Shown here: positions 52,901 through 64,000 of the stretch, in pieces
How the letters are laid out: every line of letters starts with the position of its first letter
Numbering within the stretch: the first letter of the stretch is position 1
Source of the DNA: Azolla caroliniana
Taxonomy: Eukaryota; Plantae; Polypodiophyta
Direction: 5' to 3'
DNA length: 64,000 nt
NCBI GenBank assembly: GCA_043228905.1
Contig: JBHGNT010000021.1
Coordinates: forward strand, 1,364,001-1,428,000
Program-made: the position numbers and the translations under genes
Notes under the pieces: generated by a model
What the model saw: only the letters and a program-made list of their open reading frames with translations
What the model was told of the DNA's origin: nothing
Databases searched by the model: none

Positions 52901-55900
52901 ATTCTTGTAATAGGTACTTTGGTTGTAGTTAACTTCAGGCTTCTAAATGAATTGACATAATTGTCCTTTTGCATGTGCTCACAACATTCTACTAATCTTT
53001 GCATGATTGGAGTTAGAACCATTTTTTGTGAGCATTGAAAGCATGAAGATTTTCAGATTTGCGCTGTTTTTGTGCATTGAGAGCTTGGGGATTTTCAGAT
53101 TTGCACCATTGTGTCCATTGATAGCGTAAAAACTTTCATTGTATATCCCCAATAAAAATGGAAGAAATCTTGGTATAAATGGTAGCAGTGTTAGTACAGA
53201 AACAAGCGGTGTATGGACTTACTGAAGTGAATCGACAAGCAATAATTGATGCTCGTCTTGTTGCGAATCCGGGATGTTACCCTACTACAATTTTGCTTCC
53301 TCTTGCTCCATTACTGAAGGTAAGTGCTTATAATATAATACATGTTTGACTCTTGTTTATATGCTCAAGAAAGGGGAGCTGCCTCTTTTTATACGGGATT
53401 AAATTGGATCCATGACAGAAAGAAAGCTATATAAACTCTTCTTTTAAGAAAAGCCAAAATGACCTAAAACACCAAACAAGAGATTACATCTTACAATGTT
53501 TTCTTGTCCTTGGGAATAGCAAACCAAATTATAACTAAAGGTATGGCACTAAAGAATTTAGATGTCTGAGAACTTAAGATTCCAACTTAGACTGAAACTT
53601 TTGTCTTTTGAAAGCTCTCCAACATGGGGCATTTCACTATGGAGGGATCTCCAAAGCAAGGGAACCACCATCCCTCATTTCCCTGTAGCACTTGCAATGT
53701 GACAGGGATGATATTGGGGACAATGGGAGTTTGACAGGCAATGAAAGTTGTCACCATCTATGAGCATGTGAAGTACTGTCCGGATGTTTGGAATTAAGAA
53801 TTGAAATTTCACTAGTGGCTGATCATCGAATATCTGCTTCACAACCTTGTCCATGTTGGGCAAGTAGCCTCGGAAGAACTGGTTGATGAGCACCAGGTAT
53901 ATCCTGCATGGCCCAATGCTGAGAAAATATTTAAGGCCTAGATGTGTCAGTGCAGGGAAGACTAAGCATGGCAGTTGGGCAGTTGTGGATGCCTGTCACA
54001 ATAAACGTGTAGATGCAGGTGCGGCACCTCCATCTGGGAATGAAGAGTATTTGATGGCCTCAAAAGTGTAAGCCTGGCTGGTTCATTGAAACTTTTGTTG
54101 TGACTTTTTTTTCGTGGGAGTATTGGTATTTTTTTAGTCGACCCACCTGCTTGAAATTCTGTAAGGCAAATGTAGCAGGGGCATACAATAATCTCAATAT
54201 GGGTATCACTGCTGAGCATGTTCTTGAACAGCCCAATCTGTGTAAGTAAATATGTCATCTATATTAAGAACTAAAGAACTAAGGGAGTGGCTGATAATGG
54301 GCATCCTTGTTTTACTCCAATTGTGCTAGCCAACCAAATTAATCCTAATTTGTTTGTTATTTATAAGAATACATCTAAACAATTTTGAAATGATCAGAAC
54401 TCCTAAAGTTTTTCAGAAGTGATGAGAATATCTACGAGGCTATGACCCTACTCTAGAAAGCAAACCCCTCTTGGGAGGACAAGATTGACTGCTACATAGG
54501 GGTTGTGGTAGTGTTCTGGAAATGTAGTGGTATTTGGTTCAATACAAAATAAGCGAGGGTGTTTTTTCCCTATTATTTGTTTATCATGGTCCCAAAACAA
54601 ACAAATCTTTGATTTTTAAATGAAACTAATCTTTGATTGCAGGCTGGTCTTGTTACTGCAGACAGTATAATAATTGATTCCAAATCAGGAGTTAGTGGTG
54701 CTGGTAAGAATAACTACATTTTAGAGGCCTAGGATTTTTACTTCTCAGGGATTTGACTACCTCATCTTTGCGTTCTATTTATTGTACATTTAAAAGAACT
54801 GTGATGATGCCTTCTACCTTTATCAGGACGTTCAGCCAAAGAGGCAAATTTGTATACAGAGGTTTCGGAGGGGATTCATGCTTATGGAATTACGAAACAT
54901 CGACATGGTAAGTTAAAACATTTGCAACACATGAATGATAAAAAAAGGTTAAAGTTAATAGAAGTGTTATTTGAATGGGAATGAAAGGATAGCAATAAGA
55001 TGAGAGTCTATTTTCATCTGCGCCAGGCATGACTAAATTTCTTAATTGGTATGGAATGAAGCAAATTTTTTGTTTTGCAGTTCCGGAGATAGAGCAAGGA
55101 CTTTCTGAAGCATCGGGCTCAAAAGTGACCATCAGCTTTACCCCTCATCTAATGCCAATGGTATGTGTTTAACTAGCCACCTTTACATACATTGTTGGCA
55201 ACATGTCGAAACATTGTCTCTTGAGAAAAAGCATTTTTTGTTTGTAGTTTCAAAACTCCTTTCAAATTTATATGAAACTGAAAAGAAATCAGTTTTCCTT
55301 TAATTATGAAACTTTGAAGTTTCAAAGTCATTTCTTTGATCTTTGATTATTAAAGGTTTTGGAACTGCAATTATCTGTTCTATGATGAAGGGCATCTTGA
55401 TTCCCATGCAATGAACATACATCAGTAGAGTCTTAATTATTTATAACATATATTTGAATTTGCAGTCAAAAGCTCTTTGTATTCATTATCTAACATGTTC
55501 AATTGACATTCCTATTCAGAGTCGAGGCATGCAATCAACTATTTATGTTCAATGCGCAAATGGAGTGACAATTGATGATTTGCACCACTATCTTGAAGAC
55601 ATATACCGGGTAGTTAAATAGACAGCCTATAATGATGGTCTTAAAACTCTTAAAACCCTTAAAATAGATCCTTCTATATGTCTTTCTCAATTTGTTAAGA
55701 TAAACTTGAATACAAATAAGACCTTGTTTGTGTTTTTCTTATGTATGATTATGTATAGGATGAAGAATTTGTAGTTGTTTTACCAAAAGGTGTGGTTCCA
55801 CACACACGGCATGTGCGAGGCTCAAACTACTGCCACATGAATGTTTTCGAGGATCGTATCTCTGGAAGAGCAATCATTATCTCAGTGGTAAGGAAGTTAA

Positions 55901-56385
55901 TAGGTGAAAATTGGGTTGTATTTTGTTCTATATATATGCTGATTACTCAGGAATATGAAAGTTACGGGGAAATTTGTCATTTCTTTTGTATAACCTTACT
56001 ACCATAGGATAAGAAAGTTTTGCATAAAGCTACATGTTTTTACTGTTGTTGCCATTCAAAGAAAGTTTTAGGTGATCTGTGTTTTCCGTACAACCTTGAA
56101 GTTTTGAGTGAATGGTATTTCTACACATTGTCATTTCTTTATTATAGCCTAGTATTACATAATAGCTAAGTTTGAGATTGATCTGTGTGTTAGCTCACTT
56201 TTACTGTCACAAGTTGCAAATAGCTCTGTGCTTCCTTATCCTTAACTTAATACTTTACCTTTCCGTTTCTCTTGTAGATTGACAATCTTGTAAAGGGAGC
56301 ATCAGGCCAAGCCCTTCAGAATATGAATCTGTTGATGAATATCCGTGAAGATACAGGTCTTCTTCAACAACCAATGTTCCCTTAA
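49975..56385 (+). CDS. argC: N-acetyl-gamma-glutamyl-phosphate reductase, plastid (arginine biosynthesis), 13 coding exons, ~401 aa
   Basis: Exons 49975-50010, 50275-50457, 50878-50985, 51107-51193, 51991-52041, 52157-52228, 53200-53319, 54643-54703, 54827-54907, 55081-55160, 55520-55609, 55759-55887, 56278-56385. Motifs GASGYTG, FCCLPHG, VDLSADFRL, catalytic [24 protein letters not shown] and [12 protein letters not shown]. Probable 5'UTR intron 48886-49934. Confidence 0.96.
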
Positions 56386-59306
56386 AAGGAACTTGATTTA
56401 TTGTGCAGTTAGGATCGTGGCAGTTTATGTCAAGTACAACACCAAATAGCTTTAATAGCAGAAGAAACTCTCCAATACCTAGAATTGTCTATAAAGCTGT
56501 TTGAAGCACTAGATTTCAACTTCTTGAAGGAAATCTCTCTATCTTAAAATTTTGTGGATTATGGGAATAAGTTTGAGCATTTGTGTACTCACCTTATGCT
56601 ATGTATTAGCAAAAACACGGTATGGGAACTCTCATCTTATATACTTGTATCAGTAAAAGAACATTGGATGTGGAAACTTTACAAAATGAGTAAAAAAGAG
56701 TTGATCTTTTTCCACTTTTTTGATGGATGTATGATATTTAGTTTAATTAAACATTGCATATTATTTCTTGTGTTTTTTATAACTGATGGTACATACAACA
56801 CCTCACCTGATTTTTGTATGTTAATTAGTCAATCCCATCCTTTCATGATAGATATATCTATATATATTTCTCTTTTGATGAATAAGCACGCATGCATTGC
56901 GTTTTTGTTGTCCCATTTGTTGATCGGACACCATTAATTTCTGTCTTATTGTTGGATCGTCTATTGCAAGGGCCGGTCATCTACTGGAAAGACTAGTGAT
57001 GTCTCTTGCATCAGTTTTATGCTGCATTCCTTTTTAGGCTTGATAAGGCATTTGCATATCCCAATGCATTATAGATGTGGGTGTAAGAGGTGTGGGCTTA
57101 GTGTATTTGACTTGGAGAAGTTCTACGAGGTTGATACATAATAATGAGAAGCATTATTGAATGGTTGTAAATACTTATCATATTGTGAGAACGCTCCTCA
57201 TCCTCAATCTTGTGATTAAGGTAGATTATACCAGGTATGCTGCTCTCTTTAGAAAAATCGTCAACAATGGGAAGTGAACATTGAATGGTGTTGCCAAATT
57301 ATCTATGCATAGAGAAGTAACATTGCCATATACTGCTTGATTTATTTTTCTAGCATGATAACATCTTGAAAGTGGTGACCAGGACCAAGAATGATTGTAT
57401 TATAATCCTTGGAATTCAAATATCAATGGGAGCAAAGAAAGAGAGACAAAGCATATGAAAAAGAAATTTCAAACACTCAATACTCTTTTCATGATCAAAG
57501 AATTGTAAATGTATTTAGGTATTTTTTCTCGTTCTATTGGGCAATACTTACAAAAGAGCCAATCATGTATACCATGCAGCGGTGTTACTATGATACCCTT
57601 GGTGTTACTATGATACCCTTCCAACTGGTCCAAAATTGATGAAAAACCTTGGTTGTAAAAAAAGATTTTCGTTGCATTCTTAGAAATGGTTTCTTTATGT
57701 GATTTGACTTAATCCACAAAAACTGTAAAGAAAAAACTTATTTAATTGTGTTTTTGCAACACCCGCTAAACTAAGACAAGATCAAACTCTTGGCTGCAAA
57801 TATTGTTTTGACAGCCTGATCAAGGGATGGAAGACGTAATATAATGCAAAATTTGGGCACAGATCATACTTCCATTAGATGGACCTACTGTTGGATGTAT
57901 TTCCATTGCTTGGATGCAGATCCATCTGACAATGGAAGAAATCATATGAATTTAGATGGGTGACCCATTTGGAAGTGGACAAAGTGCGAGTTAACTTGCA
58001 TGATGATCAATATTATGTATCACTCCATCAATTATAGAGTGTAGGAGATCATTTTGCTGATTATGAGCAAATTTTATAACTAGAAGAAAACTAGAAGAAA
58101 AAGAGAATGCTGGAAAAGTGTAGGAGATCATTTTGCTGATTATGAGCAAATTTAATAACTGTCTAGAGGAAGTTGGGCTTACCCCTTTCCAAAAAGAAAA
58201 CAATGTTTAGGGTAGACGAAACATGGACATTTGGCATGTGGACCATTTGGGTGAAAAGCCAATGTTGATTAAGGTAAAGAAAGCATCCAATAGATGATGC
58301 TTGAATATGCATTGTCATTTCTCGGGACCAATGTCTTCACCAAATCTAGATCCCACATTTCTCCTATACAACTGAGTTGATGCACCAATTTATGTAGTGA
58401 GATCAAAAGTTGCAGTGCAATGTAAGTCAATTAGACAAACGAGAAATTGAAAAGACACTAGAACTCACACTAGGCAAACCATCCAACATGATAAAGAAAA
58501 CAAGAATCGGTATGCTTTGCACACAGGCAAACAATCAGCCTATTTGGGATGGAGCCAAAGTCTTGCACCCATGTCATGAAATTATCCAGTAAAGATACAG
58601 TTTTGCAGGAATGTTATCATCCTAAAGACTACCATCAAGTATTTAAATAGAATGATGGCGATAAAGACATTGTTTACATGTATAGGGGATGATTAGCACT
58701 TGCTCTGACTTTGAACTTACCTATGTATGCTTCAGTAGGTTTTATGTGTATTATGTTCTTGAATCACAAAATCAACAATAAACGAAGTATAGTTTTTACC
58801 AGGAGTGGGTGTGGAAAACAACTGGTCATTGTGGATTTCCCCAACATTCCAGAAAGCGTGTATGGATTCTTCTTCCACATGCAACTCATCCGCTTTTGGT
58901 ATAACCACAAATCGGTGGCGATTTCAAGGAAAAAAAGATTGTGCTTGCTCAGGGAGGACTCAACCAACCAAGTGGGGAAGATCATTGTGAATGCAATATG
59001 CACTTTCCTATTCAATGAGATTTACCTATCAAAAAGGAAAATGTATTGAGCATGACGTAGTGAATCACAAGGAGTGAAGGAAGAACTCTTCTCCTGACTA
59101 TGAAATTATAATCTGGAAGCCAATAAACAGAGGAAAGAAACAATCATTTGCCTAATATTGTTCTGTTTAAAAAAACATTATCATCGTTTCCATGTGTGAT
59201 ATTACAAGAATGAATTCATGTATTAGTCTGTACATCCAATTGTATCTGACGAGTTACAGATATATTTTTCTGCAGATTATCCTGCTTTCAAATTATTTTT
59301 TTGATG

Positions 59307-61549
59307 TTATGAGTTACGATCTATACTGGTTTGCAACCTCAAGAACTTCATGATGGTTTCATCATTCTGCAATATCTGTCACATCAATCAGTGTAACATG
59401 AAATTGAGTTAGTCAGGGACAGAAAAATTGATGCCAAATGATAGATCATAAACAAAAATGAGTGTCGTTTGAAAAACAAGAATAAATCAATGAAAATATC
59501 ACACCTACTGTGGAGTACTAGGGTTGGATATGTTGCAAAAAAGTTAAAGTAAATAACAAAGAAAGAGCACAGGGAAGTTTTGTTGGGCCCTATACATTTA
59601 GAATGTTGGGCCCAAGATACTAACTTTGCTTCAAGATGGATGCAAAAAATAATGAGAAATGAGAACTCATCATCAAAGACTTGCAAAATATTACAGTCAG
59701 TTTGGCTTTCAAAGTTAGCACTGGTCTACAAGAACAAATTTCTTCAGAATGTTGGAAAACAACCATCTAATGGCTATTAAAGGATCTCATTGGAAGGAAC
59801 CCAGTTTAACCTAGAGTACAAGATAGAGAACAACAAAAAGATGACTCAAAGTCAGTTTAGCTTTCAAAGTTAGCACTGGTCTACAAGAACAAATTTCTTC
59901 ATAAATGTTGGAAAACAACCATCTAATGGTTATCAAAGGATCTCATTTGAAGGAACCCAGTTTAACCTAGAGTACAACATAGAGAACAACAAAAAGATGA
60001 CGCAAAATCAGTTTGGCTTTCAAAGTTAGCACTGGTCCAGAAGCTCAAATTTCTTCATAAATGTTGGAAAGCAACCATCTAATGGCCTACCAAAGGATCT
60101 CATTTGAAGGAACCCACTTTAACCTAGAGTACAAGATAGAGAACAAACAAAAAGGTGGCTTAATGGTAAGGATGAGCAAAGCAACATCTCAACAGTCATA
60201 TGTGTGGAATTTTTCTTTTGAAAATATTTTTTGAGTGTTCATGAGAAATATATACAAAAATATACAACCCTTTTGAATTATGACATGTGCCGAGGTAACT
60301 GGGAGAATAAAAAACAAGGTAAAAAAGAAGCAAAAATGGTTTGGTTTTGATCATATGTAATATAATAGAACAAAATGCTAAAAAACTCAAACACATGCTT
60401 TTGGTTGTTTACTCCCTCTCATAAATGAATTATAACACCAATCCATTTTGTTTACTTTTAACATACAATCTTCTCTAAATGGAAAAAGAAGAAGACAGCA
60501 TTACCTCTCTTTTTAATGAAGAAATTCGACGTCGTTGATACTCAATTTCTTCTTCGAGCTCAGTTCGTTGCCCAACTTCATCTTCTAGCATTTCCTTTGT
60601 AATTCTGTGTAAACAAGAAAATTTGCACACCCAAATTGAATCTAAATTCTTTTTTCAGTTAAAATTCTAAAACTTCTTAAAGACTAGATGATGATTGGAA
60701 TAATATAATACTTCTTCACAAGTTTGGCGTTTTTTTAAAGCCAATGGTAATCAAAATGATAACCTTCTCTCTTCTGCTAATTGTTCATAATGAGACTCTT
60801 GATCTTTAATCCAGAATTCTTGCTCTTTAACCATAGTTTCAATGTCCTCCTAATTGCCAACAAATGATTTTTTTTTTTTTCCAACTTTTCAAATCAATAA
60901 AATATCCATACTTAAGAATACAACTTTAAAATTTCCCGGGAAGAATACATACTGGCATTATAAAAAATTTATATGCTAGAATACTTTATTGTGGAAATTA
61001 TGGATGAATGAATACACATGTTTTTCATTTTTCTCAATATAATTTTTAGAATATGAAAAATACCAACCTTTAAGAAATCTATTGTTTTTCCGAGTGGATT
61101 AGCGGTGTGGCACAGAGATTGTACAATGTCTTTCAATGCCTTTACATTGAAAAAAATAAATTGATTTAAAAAGACTTTACTGAATGTCTATCATATAGAG
61201 TTACACTTAGAAATATATACGTGTGGAAATATATTAAGTAGTTTCAGATTCTATTTAAGATATATGAAATTGAGGCATAACAATCCTATATATGTATCCA
61301 CTTAACGCCAATGAAACACAAGTGAAGTATTAACTATAAGAAATATAACCCAATTAAGAAATGAGTTGCAGACAAGCATCTGGATAAATGTATATAGGCA
61401 CATAAAGAAGATTTAAGAATAGATTGAAGTATAACAATCTGATATAACCAATTAGGAAATGAAAACCGAAACAAATGAGGAAGAAAGAAAGACAAAGAAA
61501 AAGGAATAAAAAAAACCTCTGCTTCATTGTCGAGATTATTATCGCCCAT
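59307..61549 (-). CDS. IFT54: Short IFT54/TRAF3IP1 (MIP-T3) C-terminal coiled-coil protein, 5 exons, ~119 aa
   Basis: Exons 61517-61549, 61068-61139, 60764-60849, 60505-60604, 59307-59375 are all GT-AG and phase-consistent. Protein: MGDNNLDNEAEALKDIVQSLCHTANPLGKTIDFLKEDIETMVKEQEFWIKDQESHYEQLAEERRITKEMLEDEVGQRTELEEEIEYQRRRISSLKREILQNDETIMKFLRLQTSIDRNS*. The motifs QxLCxxANPLGK..D..ED...M..E...W and IL.NDETI match the MIP-T3 C-terminus. Confidence 0.85.
59695..60153. repeat. ~155-bp tandem repeat x3 in the last intron of the IFT54-like gene
   Basis: Units begin at ~59696, 59851 and 60007 (tcagttt.gctttcaaagttagcactggtc...cctagagtacaa.atagagaacaa). Confidence 0.95.
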
Positions 61550-61991
61550 CTCCACCAGTTTCCAATCCCGGTCTTCTCAAAGAGCTAAAAATGCAAGTTC
61601 ACATTTTACTTTAAACGGGTGTCCTTCACAAATAATCTCATTTCATCCTTCATTTCTATGTATTCAAATAATATAACATAAATATTCATAACTCATTTGG
61701 TACAGAGGTTAGAAAACGAAATGAAAAACGAAATGTGAAACAAATGCAAATTTTTTAAAGAACGCTTGTTTTTCTTTTTCTAGAAACAAATTTTGACATC
61801 ATTAATTCTCAAATCAATGTTTCTTTTCCATAATAAAAACCTAAAAAAAAAGCTGTTTTTGTTAAACTTCCATAGTTAGAATGAGAAGAGACAGAGAGAA
61901 AAGAATGCAATGACATTACAAATGTTGAAGAAGATGTGCAAACAGAAACTGTTGAAAAGAACATGAGAAACAACTGAAATGAAAAGGGGAA

Positions 61992-61994
<3 letters not shown>

Positions 61995-62022
<28 letters not shown>
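61995..62022. repeat. (GA)n microsatellite in the probable 5'UTR of the IFT54-like gene
   Basis: Read directly from the sequence. Confidence 0.9.
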
Positions 62023-62191
62023 TGCCTTTGTTTAAGAGACTAGACTGTGATCATCGCTAAATAACAGAACAGGGCGGGGCAGAAGAGAACAGAGCAGATC
62101 AAAGTAAGAAAGAAGGAAGGAAAAGGGTATTTAGGGGATTTGACAAAACGAGCCACTTTTATTTATTGCCTATACGACCCTATAATTTCTT

Positions 62192-62506
62192 GGGAAAAGT
62201 ACCAGGATACCCCCCCTGGAAGTTCGTCTATTTACCAGAATGCCCCTGGAAGTTCCAAATTTACCAAACTACCCCTATGTCCAAAAAATAGACTTTATAA
62301 AGTAATTATACACTCAAATCTACAAGCCCTATTTACCAAAGATGGAAGAAATGGACCCGAACTAACCCTATTTACCAAAGATTTGAGTGTATAATTACTT
62401 TATAAAGTCTAATTTTTTGGACATAGGGGTAGTTTGGTAAATTTGGAGCTTCCAGGGGCATTCTGGTAAATAGACAAACTTCCAGGGGTATCCTGGTACT
62501 TTTCCC
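62192..62506. mobile_element. Mutator-like MITE (long TIRs, 9-bp TSD)
   Basis: TIRs 62192-62321 and 62379-62506 (GGGAAAAGTACCAGGATACCCC...) are near-perfect. TSD TAATTTCTT at 62183-62191 and 62507-62515. Confidence 0.93.
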
Positions 62507-64000
62507 TAATTTCTTTACTTCTTGTAAAATGCTCCTCCACACCCTCCTCGACAGGAGAGTTCATTCCACTCTGAATGCGCATGTTCTTGTTCCGATTGTT
62601 TGTCCTAATTTTCCTTGCGTATTCATTAGACAGGAATTTATTCGTGACTAGTTAGTCAATTGTAATGCCCTACCCTATTTTCTGCAATTGTGTGATGAGT
62701 TTCTTCCTTATATTGGGGTTCGACTATGGACATTCGAGGGGAATAAAGAAAAATGTCAGAAGGGAGTTTTAGTGCAAACTTTTTTCCCTTTCAAGATTGT
62801 TCTGTGATAGAACAAAGGAACTTAAGGGCATTCACGAAAATAAAGGTAAATGATGAACAAGGGTTTAACTATGCCCTGTCTCTTCCTTTTCTTTAGCTTC
62901 AATTATGGGCATGTGGGAAACAATAGAAACTTAGGGGCATTCAAGGAAATAAAGAAAAATAAGAGAGGGGCATTCAAAAACGTTTCCATTTGTATACCAT
63001 GACATATTTGCAATTTCTCAAAACTTGTGAAAAGACAAAGTTTTTGTTGCCAATAAGGCACTCAATTATGCAAAGTTGAGAACAAATAAAATGTCGAGAA
63101 TTGTCCTTGCACATGTGAGCCTACAAATGCTCTATTATAGACGGCCAACTATAGACATCAGACAAGTGTCACATATCTTCATTACTTCAATGGGGCTAAT
63201 TGAGACAAAACATCAGAATGAGCAAACTCCAACTACATTCGCAATGTGCATTAAATTAATCAAATATATCCTCTTGCATTTTGGAACCATGATTAAAGTA
63301 CTTGTTAATGCAAATCCAAAAAATGGCAAAGCATTATTTTTCAACTAGTTGGACATAATGCCAAGGTGGTACGACATTACTAGTTATTGCATATTATGGA
63401 AAAGTAGGGTTTAGTGGACATAGATAAAGGTTTTATTATCATCTTCAAAGGTCAAATATAACCAATGAAACCAACATATAATGTTTTCACGTAAATATAA
63501 TGTGAATGTGAGTAGTGACCGTACATGTTCAAGAATGTTACGAGTTAATGTCACAATTAAGAGTACACGTTGTGAGTGTGAGAGAAATTAGTGCAAGGAT
63601 TGGATTGGGTCAAAGATGTGTGAAAAGCATAATCAAGTACGATCAAAGGTAGAGCACTATATCAATGTGTAACTACTAACATGCAAAATCCCGAACTTGT
63701 TTAAGGCAAAAATGTGCATAGTCGACTAATCCCGTCACATATGCCAAAGGTCATGTCTCACATTGACACAAGTATGGAATAACTTTTTTGGAAGCAATGG
63801 TTTGGATGGTTGATAATGTGATGGGCTCTAACACGTATCGATGCATGTGATCTGTCATACAATGAAGAATATGGTTTTGTACTTTGATGCAACATATATG
63901 GGATAGTGTATGAAGCAAGAACCTCCACATTTTCCCCATGTCTTGATACATTGGTGATATGTAGACTTCCGAACTTGTGTGCCCCAACATCTTGTGTACA

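Noticed and set aside
1155-61549. Functional gene cluster or horizontally acquired operon (PYRR, argC)
   Set aside because: The genes have unrelated functions and normal plant intron structures, so there is no evidence for clustering or recent HGT.

Overview
AT-rich, intron-containing land-plant nuclear DNA. It probably comes from a lineage with flagellated sperm such as a fern; this is inferred from an IFT54-like gene and the TE types. Five spliced genes were reconstructed by hand: PYRR (-, 9 exons, ~610 aa), a Rho/ROP GDP-dissociation inhibitor (-, 5 exons, ~239 aa), GRV2/RME-8 (-, 23 coding exons, ~2563 aa, two apparent GC-AG introns), plastid argC (+, 13 coding exons, ~401 aa) and a 5-exon, ~119-aa gene matching only the C-terminal coiled coil of IFT54/TRAF3IP1 (-), which the ORF track misses. 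Mobile DNA includes a structurally complete non-autonomous LTR element (17923-19659, AGTGG TSD) with a Tf1-like self-priming signature, a Mutator-like MITE (62192-62506, 9-bp TSD), several RTEX-like and L1-like LINE remnants, and many local tandem duplications. Family assignments rest on recalled motifs; no database search was run.
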